A DNA stretch of 64,000 bases from Eledone cirrhosa (GCA_964016885.1 OZ024763.1:10850001-10914000); one strand, 5' to 3'; positions 12,421 through 26,084 are shown, counted from the stretch's first letter. Made by a program: numbers and translations. Notes: a model not told the origin generated them from the sequence alone.

Positions 12421-13279
12421 GAGAAAAATCCTGGCACAATTAAAATAACCAGGGTTTCTTTTGAAACAAGATTTGTTGTTTCTGTTCTAAAGGATTTGAT
12501 ACAAAACACCACCACCACTATCTCACCCTCAATATAAGCCAAAATACCTTCACCACCACCACCACCACATTCAATATAAGTCAAAACATCACCACCTCCC
12601 CCACCACGACGACGACCGCCACCACCTCTTGCTCCTCAGTTATAACAGTGAAGTTACATAGTTCATATTCTCTCTTATCACACTACCAAAATACTGTCTG
12701 TTAGCCAAAACAGACTTACAACTATACTGTGTATTTGTCTACTTTCTGAAGTGGATGTTGTCTTGTTGATATGAGAGGGGGGGGGGGAGTGAAACAGGGA
12801 AAAACAGTGAGAGAGAGAGGTGAGCCGAGAGAAAAAGAGAGGGAGATACAGCAACAGAGAATGAGAGAGATAAAAGGAGAAACTGTAAGAGAGGGAAAGG
12901 GGGAGAAATAGTGAAACGAGAGAAAGATAGAGACAGTTAGAAAGAGCGAGAGGGACAGAGAGAGAGAGAGGGAGGGAGAGAGAGAGGGAGAGGGGGAGGG
13001 GATAGAGAAATCCAACACAACTGCAATGTTGGACACGACAAAATATTTAAAAAACAAGCCAAGACGAAAAAAAAAAAAATCCAAACAAGGGTGATAGTTT
13101 TGTGTTGAGAGGCTATAGACACATTTGTATATTTAATATACAATATATATATACACACATATATATATATATATATGATGGCTGCCCCCTTGTTATCGAG
13201 TATATATATACATACTTGTATAGTTAACATACAATATCATCATCATCCTCATCATTTTACCTCCGCTTTTCCCTGCTAA

Positions 13280-13592
13280 ATCATCATCATCATCCCCGTT
13301 TTACGTCCGTTCTTCCATGCTAGCATGGGTTAGACGGGTTGTCCTGTTGTGGGCAGTGTCTGGTTGGCTGACCTTGTCTTGCTCATACAGGAACTGATTC
13401 TGGCTTGAATTCTACAGCTGGATGCCCTTCCTAACACCAACCTCATTTGCTTTTTTGCCATGGCACCTCCACGACCACTTTGCAGTGGGAGGGTGTGGGG
13501 GCATATTGTCTATATGCTTCAGCTTGTACCCGTGGGTGGGGGGGGGGGGGGTCTTCTGTATTACTGTGTGACACCAGAGGTCACGGTCGTAT
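13280..13592 (-). mobile_element. RTE end with SINE-A-type 3' UTR
   Basis: Reverse complement matches 8230-9045, with only one internal unit. Confidence 0.8.
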
Positions 13593-13598
13593 CTATAG

Positions 13599-13770
13599 AC
13601 CAAAGGTTTTGGTACCCTTGAAATATATATAATAGAATAAATATGGTTTTATAAATATAGTTTCTATTTATTTAATATCATTGATATTATACTCCAGAAA
13701 ACCTGTTGAGTGCTTCGAATCTGTTATAAATATATTTGTTGAATTACCAACAAATTAAATATCCATTTGC
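13599..13770 (+). mobile_element. Truncated AT-rich HHR element, starting inside stem II
   Basis: ccaaaggttttggtacccttGAAAtatatataatagaataaatatggttttataaatatagtttc matches 40482-40560. Confidence 0.7.
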
Positions 13771-14029
13771 TTATAGACATATTTGTATAGTTCATAAACA
13801 AATATATATATACATATACACACTTGTATATATTTATATTTAACATACAAATATATCTATAGACACATTCATATATTTAACATGCAAATATATATACACA
13901 TATACACACTTGTATATATTTAACATGCAAATATATAGACACCAGCTTCTCAATAGATATTTCAACTTAAAACTCTCCACATCAAATCAAATTTATATAC
14001 AGCATCCAATTAAGCAGGACCCAGTTACC

Positions 14030-14403
14030 TGGCACTATCTGGTTACCTGACAACCTGAGCATGGTGTGGTTACCCGACAACCGGAGCATGGTGTGGTTAC
14101 CTGACAACCGGTGGAAGACATGGTTACCCGACAACCGGAGCATGGTGTGGTTACCTGACAACCTGAGCATAAAGTTACCTGACACTATCTTGACTAAGAT
14201 CGTGACAACCTGCCTTAATCTACACCAGCTTGGAAAATGGACATAAGATTATGATGTTGGACCTTATAACCTCTTCAATACCCACCTAAAACCACTATTG
14301 GTTCTACAATACCCACCTAAAACCACTATTGGTTCTACAATACCCACCTAAAACCACTATTGGTTCTACAATACCCACCTAAAACCACTATTGGTTCTAC
14401 AAT
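14030..14403. repeat. 27-bp and 31-bp minisatellites
   Basis: ggttacctgacaacctgagcatggtgt about 5 times; aatacccacctaaaaccactattggttctac 4 times. Confidence 0.85.
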
Positions 14404-14634
14404 AAAACATTCTGCTTTCAAGTGTTCGTATCGAAATAAAACCTTCCATCATAATTTTATATAAAAAGTTTATCTTCTCAACACAAACTTAATGAGAAAG
14501 TTTACTAAAACACTTAAAATTCTCGATATTTTCAAAATTAATTGAAACACCGAGGTATTTACTAAAATCATTTCATTAGTAAAATAGCAACTTAATCCTT
14601 TCATGACCATATTTCTTATGACAATTAATTAAGA

Positions 14635-15165
14635 ATCTTTGTTGTTTTGGTGTTAATGCCAAATCAAAACTCACTACAGGCTCAACTAACTCTGTCCACC
14701 AGTCTCTGGAGCTCAACTGGTAGTAATCAGCAGAATGTTAGCAGCATAACAAAGTTTAGCCACTGACCACTGATGCATTCACTGAGCCAACAGAGATAAT
14801 CTATTGATTTTTATGTCATCTCTTCACAGTAGAAACGAGGTACCACTGCTAAACTCCTTTCTTGATACTAACCCAATTAATTGTTTCTACTTTTGGCACA
14901 AGGCCAGCAATTACCCAGTGCATTACTGGTACTTTATTTTATCGACCCCGTAAGGATGAAAGGCAAAGTTAACCTCGGCGGGATTTGAACTGAGAATGGC
15001 AAGGGCCGTAACTCTATGCGTCAAAGCATGGCGTCCCACCCTCTACCGATACTACCAATCCATGAGCTTGTGTTCAGTCACTTGTTGACAAGTGTACTGT
15101 CTTCACAGCAGCTCAACTGTTGAGCTCTTGCATGTCATCATCTGTAACACCTGACACAATTTCTA
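14635..15165 (-). mobile_element. Old RTE-type RT relic with a SINE-B inserted at 14875-15065
   Basis: LCYAANILL..ELQRLVDRV..ACSEF.L..NTKTTK resembles LRYADDIVL..ELQ...GLKINTKKTK. Confidence 0.6.
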
Positions 15166-15455
15166 ATGTCAAACTGAGTCAACATCCTTTCATTTTTTTG
15201 AACAGAAAAAATGAATGGAATAACAACAACAACCATACACAAATACACAATACTGACCTAAGATAAATATAAATAAACGACAACAAACACACATAAACAC
15301 ACACTAGTGAACAAAGATAGAATACTAACACGAGCACACACCAAACAGAAAACACACACACAAACGCATGCGCAAACAGAGACAAGAATAAATAAACAAA
15401 TAAATAAAAATAAAAATGGCGTAGACATTACAATACAACAGATGGAAACATAATA

Positions 15456-15501
15456 GTACCACTGATGATGTCACAGGTGTGTGATAAAAGAGCTTTGATA
15501 G
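15456..15501 (+). ncRNA. Degenerate minimal HHR (GTCACA-stem family)
   Basis: CTGATGA-T-GTCACA-ggtg-TGTGAT-AAAA-GAGC-TT-TGA; the conserved GAAA is mutated. Confidence 0.5.
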
Positions 15502-16267
15502 AGTATATATCATCATCATCATCATCATCAACGTTTAACGTCCGTGTTCCACGCTTGCATGGGTTTGGACGGGGGTAGTCCCACTTATATTTATATCTAT
15601 ATTTTTAACCATTGGTCAATCAATGATAAACATTGATTGCCAGCTAAATTAACTATAGGGATATAAAATATACAGATGTGAAAACCAATCCAAACCAAAC
15701 AGTGAGTGTGTTTTATTATTATTTGTGGCAATATTATAACAATATGACCCTCCCCAAATATAGATATATATAAATATATATATATATATGACTACTGAGG
15801 GATTTACAAAAACTATTAATTATACCATTACTAAGAGTAACTTAACATATGGTTCTAATATAAAATTATGTTGTAAGATTTTAATTTAAATAGGAAATGG
15901 TTTAAAACATGTGTGTGTGTGTGTGGGGGGGGGGGGGTCATAGAACCAGAGCTAGTTTTGATCAGTTGATATAAAAAAGGTTAAGAAGTCTGACCTAGAC
16001 TGATTAAAAATCAACTGGGTAATCGATTAACAGTTACTAATTCCTACCGATTTAGAAAATCAGAGTTTGACTGTTAACAACAGAATATTAACCGTCTTGA
16101 CGCTGTAAGTGACTGAAGTCGCTGATAGAGTAATCTCCCTTTAATACATAATACAGTATCAAGGGAGGCAATTCATAAAAAAAATTCAGCTGCCAGAAGG
16201 TTAAATAACATGAAGGTGAATCTTATTAAATCTAACTTCAATTTCCTTGTTTGCTGCTATTTTTGTA

Positions 16268-17005
16268 TGGTTGGGCAATGACCTTGTCTCAAGGTCATTC
16301 TGTAGTTGGGCAATGACTTTGTCTCAAGGTCATTCTGTAGTTGGGCAATGACTTCGTCTCAAGGTCATTCTAAAGTTGGGCAATGACCCTGAATTAAGTG
16401 GTTCAACCTCTACCACCTTTAGTTTTCACATATGACAGGAACTCAAAAATAAGATGGATGCTTATTTTTTGTCAAGAAGCCAGACACACTTGCATATTTA
16501 ACATAGAAATAAATTTACACCATCTCTTCCCTCACCCCAAAACTCTCAGAAACATTTCATCTTATAATTCAATCAAATTTATATATCAACATTTTAGTTT
16601 AAGTAGCTAAAAACTAATATATCAGACATGACTGAAAGAAAAAAAAACCCTGGTTGATTGTTTTTTGTTGAAACACTAAATACACTTGCACATTTAACAT
16701 GAAAATAAATCTACACCGTCTTCACAAAAAATACCCCAAAAGCATTTCATGTTATAAATAAAATCTACCAAAAATATAATTCAATCAAATGTACTTTAGT
16801 TCCCTGTTTTGATAGTTCTGTCTTCTCATATTTTGATGGATCTAAGACCTTTAGGATATCCTCCAAGACCTTGTCATTTGATGGATCTAAGACCTTTAGG
16901 ATGGCCTCCAAGACCCTGTTATTTGATGGATCTAAGACCTTTAGGATGGCCTCCAAGACCCTGTTATTTGATGGATCTAAGGCCTTTAGGATGGCCTCCA
17001 AGTGT
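16268..17005. repeat. 35-bp (16268-16390) and 45-bp (16833-17005) minisatellites
   Basis: 3-4 copies of each. Confidence 0.8.
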
Positions 17006-17134
17006 CTAAGGGGATCTTGTTGCTAATAAACATCAACATAAATCATTATTTATTCTTGGAAAAGAGGAGTTGAAGAAATTAGACACTCCACTCCTCACCC
17101 AAACCCCAACATCTACCTCCCCAACCAAAGTTTC

Positions 17135-19355
17135 CAGTCCACACTATAATGTGGTTGTGTAGGTGCCACAACAAAAAGCACCCAGTCCACATTGTAAAGT
17201 GGTTGTGTAGGTGCCACAACAAAAAGCACCCAGTATACACTGTAAAGTGGTTGAGTAGGTACCACAACAAAAAGCACCCAGTCCACACTGTAAAGTGGTT
17301 GTGTAGGTGCCACAACAAAAAGCACCCAGTATACACTGTAAAGTGGTTGAGTAGGTACCACAACAAAAAGCACCCAGTCCACACTGTAAAGTGGTTGTGT
17401 AGGTGCCACAACAAAAAGCACCCAGTATACACTGTAGAGTGGTTGTGTAGGTACCACAACAAAAAGCACCCAGTATACACTGTAGAGTGGTTGTGTAGGT
17501 ACCACAACAAAAAGCACCCAGTATACACTGTAAAGTGGTTGTGTAGGTGCCACAACAAAAAGCACCCAGTATACACTGTAGAGTGGTTGTGTAGGTGCCT
17601 CAACAAAAAGCACCCAGCCCAAATGTAAAGTGGTTATGTAGGTGTCACAACAAAAAGCACCCAGTCCACACTGTAGAGTGGTTGTGTAGGTGCCACAACA
17701 AAAAGCAGCCAGTCCACACTGTAAAGTGGTTGTGTAGGTGTCACAACAAAAAGCACCCAGTCAACACTGTAGAGTGGTTGTGTAGGTGTCACAACAAAAA
17801 GCACCCAGTCCACACTGTAGAGTGGTTGTGTAGGTGCCACAACAAAAAGCAGCCAGTCCACACTGTAAAGTGGTTGTGTAGGTGTCACAACAAAAAGCAC
17901 CCAGTCCACACTGTAGAGTGGTTGTGTAGGTGCCACAACAAAAAGCAGCCAGTCCACACTGTAAAGTGGTTGTGTAGGTGTCACAACAAAAAGCACCCAG
18001 TCCACACTGTAAAGTGGTTGTGTAGGTGTCACAACAAAAAGCACCCACTCCACACTGTAAAGTGGTTGTGTAGGTGTCACAACAAAAAGCACCCAGTCCA
18101 CACTGTAAAGTGGTTGTGTAGGTGTCACAACAAAAAGCACCCAGTCCACACTGTAAAGTGGTTGTGTAGGTGTCACAACAAAAAGCACCCAGTCCACACT
18201 GTAGAGTGGTTGTGTAGGTGTCACAACAAAAAGCACCCAGTATACACTGTAAAGTGGTTGTGTAGGTGTCACAACAAAAAGCACCCAGTATACACTGTAG
18301 AGTGGTTGTGTAGGTGCCACAACAAAAAGCACCCAGTCCACACTGTAAAGTGGTTGTGTAGGTGTCACAACAAAAAGCACCCAGTCCACACTGTAGAGTG
18401 GTTGTGTAGGTGTCACAACAAAAAGCACCCAGTATACACTGTAAAGTGGTTGTGTAGGTGTCACAACAAAAAGCACCCAGTATACACTGTAGAGTGGTTG
18501 TGTAGGTGCCACAACAAAAAGCACCCAGTCCACACTGTAAAGTGGTTGTGTAGGTGTCACAACAAAAAGCACCCAGTCCACACTGTAGAGTGGTTGTGTA
18601 GGTGTCACAACAAAAAGCACCCAGTCCACACTGTAAAGTGGTTGTGTAGGTGTCACAACAAAAAGCACCCAGTCCACACTGTAAAGTGGTTGTGTAGGTG
18701 TCACAACAAAAAGCACCCAGTCCACACTGTAGAGTGGTTGTGTAGGTGTCACAACAAAAAGCACCCAGTATACACTGTAAAGTGGTTGTGTAGGTGTCAC
18801 AACAAAAAGCACCCAGTATACACTGTAAAGTGGTTGTGTAGGTGCCACAACAAAAAGCACCCAGTATACACTGTAAAGTGGTTGTGTAGGTGTCACAACA
18901 AAAAGCACCCAGTATACACTGTAAAGTGGTTGTGTAGGTGCCACAACAAAAAGCACCCAGTATACACTGTAAAGTGGTTGTGTAGGTGTCACAACAAAAA
19001 GCACCCAGTATACACTGTAGAGTGGTTGTGTAGGTGCCACAACAAAAAGCACCCAGTATACACTGTAGAGTGGTTGTGTAGGTGCCACAACAAAAAGCAC
19101 CCAGTATACACTGTAGAGTGGTTGTGTAGGTGCCACAACAAAAAGCACCCAGTCCACACTGTAAAGTGGTTGTGTAGGTGCCACAACAAAAAGCACCCAG
19201 TATACACTGTAAATGTGGTTGGCATTAGGAAGAGCATCCAGTCGTAGAAACCGAGCCAAAATCAGTTCTGTATTGGCAAGACACAGTCATCCGACCTGGC
19301 TTGTCTCACAATGCGACAGCTCGCCTAACCTATGCTAGCGTGGAAAACAGACATT
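17135..19355 (+). repeat. SINE-A copy with its internal 48-bp unit expanded to about 43 copies
   Basis: (ggttgtgtaggtgtcacaacaaaaagcacccagtccacactgtaaagt)n, followed by the normal SINE 3' part at 19210-19355. Confidence 0.92.
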
Positions 19356-19560
19356 AAACAGCGATAAACTGGACTCCACCTGTCGGTAAACGGAGGCGGG
19401 GTTGCCCAAGGATCACCTGGTGACGAACGTTCCGGAAGGACCTGATGGCAGCCAACATCACCTGGCACGGTCTCGAGAAAGTTGTGGCTGATCGTGACCG
19501 TTGGAGAGTACTTACTGCTCGATGCGCCGAACGGGGCGGAAGAATGTAAGACTAAGATGA
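19352..19560 (+). mobile_element. RTE (BovB-like) 3' end
   Basis: AINWTPPVGKRRRGCPRITW..DRDRWRVL then stop, with a taagactaaga tail. Confidence 0.8.
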
Positions 19561-20774
19561 TATGGAATGAGATGGTATGAATTGGGAAGGAAATTTCTGT
19601 GGAATGAAATGGCACGGCTAGTGGGGCAATTTCTGCCCCCAACCCTGGCATTTTTCTAGGTCGGTCAGTGATCTCACCCCAAGTTTGCAGGATTTAAGAG
19701 GTCTGACCTGTACCACCTTCAGTTTTCTGCAGCTAAACCAACTTTTCCACACGACAGAAACTCTAAGACAAGATGGATGCTTGTTCTCTGTTGAAAGGCA
19801 TATTTAACATACAAATATTCTACACCAAAGCTTTGAATCTTAGAAATAAAACCCACAAAATATAATTCAATCAAATTAATATACCATTTTTTTAGTTTCA
19901 GCAGCCAAAAAAACACCCATATTCCTATAGAGCTCGTCTTCAGAGGAAAACATAGGACAGTTTATTGAATCCTCAATTTTTGTTTGGTGGAGGAAGAGGG
20001 AGAGGAGGAGGATAAGGAGGGTGAGGAGAATGTTTGCAATGAATCATAATCACTTATTAAACATTTATATCTAGTACAAACTTCAAGATTTGGAGGTATA
20101 AATAATAAATATCTAAGATGTCTTTCATCTTAGCTTCACAGTAACCCTTTCTGACAAGTCCTCATAAATTATTCCCCCACAACGAAACAGGTGCTTGGCG
20201 GGGGTGGGGTGGGGAGTGGTTTAGAAGAAGCAGATAAAAATATGAAATGCAAAAAAAATAATATATATATATATTATTAAATCATAATCCACAGCTAATT
20301 ATATTTGACAGCAGAGAAAAATAATTATTATATGAAATAAATTTAGAGAAAATAACCAAACACTGTGGGTGTATTTATCATAGGTGCAGTCATGGCATTG
20401 TGGTTAAGGGGCTTGCTTGGAAACTACATGGTTTCAGGGTCACTTCCCACTGAGGGAAGTGTCTTCTACTACTACTATTGTAGCTGCAGGTTGATCAATA
20501 CCTGAGGAGTGGAAGACAGATGGAAGAAGCTCTGTGGAAGCTTATTCTCTGTGTTTATATTCACTGTTTGTTTATGTTCCATAATTTAGAGAGTCGATAA
20601 AATAAAGGAATATAATTGATTAAATGACCTGAAGGCAGTGCCCTAGCATGGCCATAGTCCAATGAATAAATGGAATCATCATCATCATTGTTTAATGCCC
20701 ACTTTCCACGCCAGCATGGGTAGGACAGGTTGATCTTTTCGGAGAGAATCAGGTCAGAGGATTGTGTTTTGCTC

Positions 20775-21865
20775 ACTATATACACATACATACACAAATG
20801 CACTCATACATATACACATATATACACACATAAATACACTCATACATTTGTGTATATATATACACACATACATATACATAATTACTCATACATATATGTG
20901 TATATATACACACATACATATACATACTCATACATATATGTATATATACACATACATATACATAAATACTCATACATATATGTATAAATGCACACATACA
21001 TATATGCATATATACACACATATACATAAATACTCATACATATATGTATATATATACATACATATACATAAATACTCATACATATATGTATATATACACA
21101 CATACATATATGCATATATACATACATATACATAAATACTCATACATGTATGTATATATATACATACATATACATAAATACTCATACATATATGTATATA
21201 TACACACATACATATATGCATATATACACACATATATATACATAATTACTCATACATATATGTGTATATATACACATACATATACATAAATACTCATACA
21301 TCTATGTGTATATACACATACATATACACAAATACACTCATACATATATGTATATATACACACATACATATACACAAATACACTGATACATATATGTATA
21401 TATACACACATACATATATGTATATATACACAGATACATATACATAAATACTCATACATATATGTATATATACACATACATATACACAAATACACTCATA
21501 CATATATGTATATATACACACATACATATACACAAATACACTCATACATATATGTATATATACACACATACATATATGTATATATACACAGATACATATA
21601 CATAAATACTCATACATATATGTATATATACACATACATATACACAAATACACTCATACATATATGTATATATACACACATACATATACACAAATACACT
21701 CATACATATATGTATATATACACACATACATATATGTATATATACACAGATACATATACATAAATACTCATACATATATGTATATATACACATACATATA
21801 CACAAATACACTCATACATATATGTATATATACACACACACATAAATACTCATACATATATGCAT

Positions 21866-21900
<35 letters not shown>

Positions 21901-21905
21901 CACAC
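20775..21905. repeat. (TA/CA) complex microsatellite
   Basis: Low complexity. Confidence 0.95.
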
Positions 21906-22171
21906 AAGTTATAGTGGTAGGACCCTGATATATTGCACCTGAAATACGCTGCGCAGTAGGAAGCCAGCTAAACACGCTGAGATGTCAGCTGTAAAATTCA
22001 CGTCTTTCTTGTCAACCTGTTTCTACATCAGAAGAGAATTGCCTAAGGTGACATGCAGTGAAAATTAAGTTGAAAACACAGCTGCAGAGTTGGCAGAAAA
22101 GTCCAGCATAATGTACATTCATTGTCAGCCATTTCAGTTAAAGTACGAGTTTTGTGTATAATATATACACG

Positions 22172-22513
22172 CGGTAATACAGAGTACCCAACCTCCCATG
22201 GGTACAAGCCGAAGCATATAGACAATATGCCCCCAAACCCCCCACCGCAAGGTGGTCGTGGAGGTGCCACGGTAAAAAAGCACCCAGCCCACACTGTAAA
22301 GTGGACGTGGACGTGTAGGCGCCACGAAAAAGCACCCAGCACTCACTGTAAATGAGGTTGGTGTTAGGAAGGGCATCCAGCTGTAGAAATCAAGCCAAAT
22401 CAGTTCCTGTATGAGCAAGGCATGGTCAGCCGACCAGGCACTGCCCACAACAGGACAACCCGTCTAACCCATGCTAGCGTGGAAGAACGGACGTATAATG
22501 ATGATGATGATGA
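22172..22513 (+). mobile_element. RTE end with SINE-A-type 3' UTR
   Basis: gtaatacagagtacc..catgggtacaagccgaagcatatagacaatatgccccc, then SINE body and (GAT)n. Confidence 0.8.
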
Positions 22514-22949
22514 TATACAGGATTTGACTATAGTTCTCTTTGTGGGCAGAAGGAAAAGGGAACTTGTTTACTGATGATCAGCCAATTAACTGTAAAACAC
22601 GCACAGACAGTCTGTGCATGAAATTATGTGCAAATGGCCAAGCATTCCTTAGATACATGTCCCCTTAACATAACTCAGGGGGATATTCAGCATGTGACAA
22701 GGAAGGACCTTTAACCCTTTACATTACTCTAGTTCACATAATTATCTCACATACTGAATCTATGAGATTTTGAATGGTTTGAACAGAAAGAGGTGAGAGA
22801 ATTCTGGCCAGATATGGCTGGCCAGTTTAAATTACAACTCATTTTTGTCAGATTAATTGGAGCTGAGCTATGTGAAGTAAAGTATCTTACTGAAGGTGTC
22901 AATATGTCACCAGCAGTGGTGGGAGGGATATATCAAATTTACAACCTGA

Positions 22950-23331
22950 AGGTGCATGGCTTAGTGGTTAGAGCATTGGGCTTGCAATCGAAAGGTTGTG
23001 AGTTCAATTCTCGGACCGGGTAATGTGTTATTTCCTTGAGCAAGACACTTTATTTCACATTGCTCCAGTTTACTCAGCTGTAGAAATGAGATGATAGGAC
23101 TGGGGTCCCTATCATTCCACTGCAAAGTGGTCGTGGAGGTGCCACGGCAAAAAAGCACCCAGCACTCACTGTAAATGAGGTTGGTGTTAGGAAGGGCATC
23201 CAGCTGTAGAAATCAAGCCAGAATCAGTTCCCGTATGAGCAAAACAAGGTCAGTCGACCAGAGACTGCCCACAACAGGACAACCCGTCTAACCCATGCTA
23301 GAGTGGAAGAACAGACGTAAAACGGTGATGA
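22950..23331 (+). mobile_element. Full-length tRNA-SINE family A
   Basis: A-box TGGCTTAGTGG, B-box GTTCAATTC, core ccttgagcaagacactttatttcac, RTE-type tail. Confidence 0.9.
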
Positions 23332-23595
23332 ATCTGGTCATCAGCCAATCACACTAACCACTAAGCCACCAGCTTTCACACACATACACAATGATAGGCT
23401 GGTCTGTTCAATATTAATACTGATATTTATAGATGGTGGGTGTTGGTGGGGTACATGGGTGGGTGTTGGTGGGGTATGAACCATATGTTTATTGTTGATA
23501 GCACCTGGCTACACAGGTGTTCTTTAATGGTAGAGTACTCACACACACACACACACACATATATATAAATAAAGAGAGAGCAATTGAAGGTCAGA

Positions 23596-23712
23596 AGGTA
23601 TAGCTTCTACGCATTGGGTGCAGCACTTGCACATCTGAACGCAGGATGCAGTGAAGAAACCAATGATATCATTTGGTCTGGAGCAGGTTTGTATAGCTCT
23701 CCTACATAACAT
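23596..23712 (+). mobile_element. Tyrosine recombinase C-terminal relic (DIRS/Ngaro-like)
   Basis: Read across frameshifts: SF-RIG-AALAHLNAGCSEET-ISFG-WSR..LSYI, compared with the box II consensus HSLRIGAAT...LGRW.S.AY..YI. Confidence 0.55.
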
Positions 23713-23863
23713 CGATTTTGCCATTGACTAACTAATTGTGTGTGCTCTGAATTACCAACTTGCACCTCAGAAATGCAGGTTCTGTAAAATCATTGAACGA
23801 GTGGAAAGTTCGGCGGGCTAGCACAAATTTAATTTGTCTAGTTCGTTATACTTATATATATAT

Positions 23864-24022
23864 AATCCTCTGATGAGTCCCCTGGTCTTGCCGGACACCT
23901 CATCGTGGCAAAGGGGCGTCAACCACAAATCTCAGTGGACAAAGAACCGGCAAATACAGGCGACAGGCTAGGAACCCGGCACTGCTGTAAAATTTAAAAT
24001 CGCTACAGAAACATTAAGGAAT
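23864..24022 (+). ncRNA. HHR-like motif with a greatly extended domain II
   Basis: tcct-CTGATGA, then a helix gtcccctg..ttgccgg / ccggcaa..caggcgac, then a distal GAAA-cat-TA-agga. Confidence 0.4.
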
Positions 24023-24566
24023 TGAGATGGAGGGTTTGTGGTTTTTCTCATATCTGGTTGGTCTTTGAATGTTTCTTCTGTTTTATATGGAAAAAAGTGG
24101 CTCGAAATGCTAGGTTTTTAGAGAAGCAATTTGGTTGGTTGGTGAATAAGTATAATAAATTTTGCACCAGTTTGCGTTACAAAGTTATTATATTTGCCTT
24201 CAAAAAAAGTGAGGGCTCAGGTTGTTTTATCATATATGAGTGAAGTTTGGTTGGTTGATGTAGTCACATGAATAAGCACATCAGCTTTCGTGCCAGTTTG
24301 TGTTTGAATTTCTTTTTACTTAAAAAAAGGTGGCTCACGAAGGCTTTTTTTTTATAAATGTAATTTGATTGGTTATAAATGAAATTATGACTGTCACGTG
24401 AACAAGTACATTAAATAAGGGCGCGGAATTTAATGTACTTGTTCACCAACCAACCAAATTGCTTCTCTAAAAACCTAGCATTTCGAGCCACTTTTTTCCA
24501 TATAAAACAGAAGAAACATTCAAAGACCAACCAGATATGAGAAAAACCACAGACCCTCCATCTCAA
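24023..24566. mobile_element. Fold-back/MITE-like element, about 140-bp inverted arms
   Basis: 24023-24161 is near-identical to the reverse complement of 24427-24566. Confidence 0.8.
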
Positions 24567-24734
24567 CTCTACTTTTGAAAAGCAGAAGAACTGTGAAACC
24601 GGTAAAGGAACCAAATAAATATATATTTTTATAAAAAAAGACTCCAGTTGCATTTTCGATTTCATCTTTTTTCCTTATACTTTCACTCGTGTAGGACACC
24701 TCGTTTTTTTTTTCATTTTGTAAAAAAACCTCAC

Positions 24735-24777
<43 letters not shown>

Positions 24778-25391
24778 CACACCCACACATGTACACATAG
24801 GTCATTATAAACAATGTTGTTGTTTCCACAGCAGAGGAAACTACTTCCTATGTCATCAACACTACCATCAAAATCCTTATCACAACCACCACCACCATCA
24901 ACAGCTGTCTGCCTCTTAGCCTCTACTACTATTACATATGTTAAGATACTACATTCACACCTCTGAAACAGAGTAGTGTAGCAGAAATGCACTGCAGTAT
25001 ATAAAAAGAACAACATTATCACAGAAATACCCAACACACAACAGACTTGGAAGGCGTCCACAACTTTCATTAAAAAACACTGAAGTTTATTGTTGAAATA
25101 TTCAAGTTTAAAAAACAAAACATGTATAGAGCCTTGAAAAAAATAACAAAAAATCTACTGACTTGAAGATGAAAATTGCACTTATATGGTTAATACGAGC
25201 TAACAAGATATTTCCAGCTGTCATAGAAGTTTTGGACTCAATACCACTAAGATGGGAGTATGTTGAGCAAATGGATGTTGAATCACAAATTGTTTTCCTA
25301 CAAAAGACTGCCTAGTTAGGCACTGCACACATACTAAGTGCAGTCTGTCTAAAGTCATTGTTGAGACCCGACTGGCAGTAGAAACATAATA

Positions 25392-25838
25392 ATGGTTTCT
25401 GATTTAGGCACAAGGCCAATATTTTGGGGGGGGGGGGAAGTCAATTAAATCAACCCCAGTGCGTTACTGGTACTTTATTTTATCAAATCCCATAAGGTAA
25501 GGATGAAAGGCAAAGTTAACCTCAACAGGGTTTGAACTGGGAACATAAAGGGCCGTAACAATGCCATAGCATGTTATCTGACGTTCTACCAATACTGCCA
25601 AGCCACCACCCTAATGATAATTTCTAATTTAGGCACAAAGGTCAGCAATTAGTTTAGGCACAAAGGTCAGCAGCTTTTTGGGTGGAGTGAGGTAGTGAAT
25701 TAAATCAACCCTAGTTCCTGACTGGTACTCTGGCTTTCATCCTTTCAAACTTGATAAACAAAGTTGATCTGAGGGAGATTTGAACCGAAATGAATAATGT
25801 GAAGTATTTTATCTAATGGCTCTGCCAATTCGCCACCT
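25392..25838 (-). mobile_element. Two degenerate SINE-B copies
   Basis: Family B block. Confidence 0.7.
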
Positions 25839-25888
25839 ACCTATTTGCTAGTTAAATAGAACACAAATAAGGGGAAGTAACTACTCAC

Positions 25889-25990
25889 ATGGCATTGTGC
25901 CAGCAATTCCCTCATTATAAATTGGTCATAAATATCTCTGGCTTGTTTAATTCTGTCTTCATCCGTATCCATGGTTTGAAACTTTTTAAT
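25889..25990 (-). CDS. GRK2: GRK2/3-type (beta-ARK / cephalopod rhodopsin kinase-like) internal exon, RH domain
   Basis: Splice context tttttcag|102 nt|gtgagt, phase 0-0. Translates IKKFQTMDTDEDRIKQARDIYDQFIMRELLAQCH, which aligns by eye to human GRK2 [34 protein letters not shown]. Confidence 0.93.
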
Positions 25991-26084
25991 CTGAAAAATT
26001 AAACAAAAATAAAAAAAACAATAAATAAACTGAAATATATAAAGACAATTTCTTTTAGTTAAAAATGTTCAAAAATGGACAAAG

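Noticed and set aside
14675-14860. Apparent minus-strand exon ending in gtgagt
   Set aside because: Contains stop codons and is better explained as an old RT relic.
17079-19259. ORFs of about 550 aa (WLCRCHNKKHPV repeats) resembling a Cys/His protein
   Set aside because: Translation of a 48-bp SINE-derived tandem unit.
22950-23020. tRNA gene-like A/B boxes (also 31130-31180, 56678, 63240)
   Set aside because: These are SINE heads or remnants; I could not form a complete cloverleaf.
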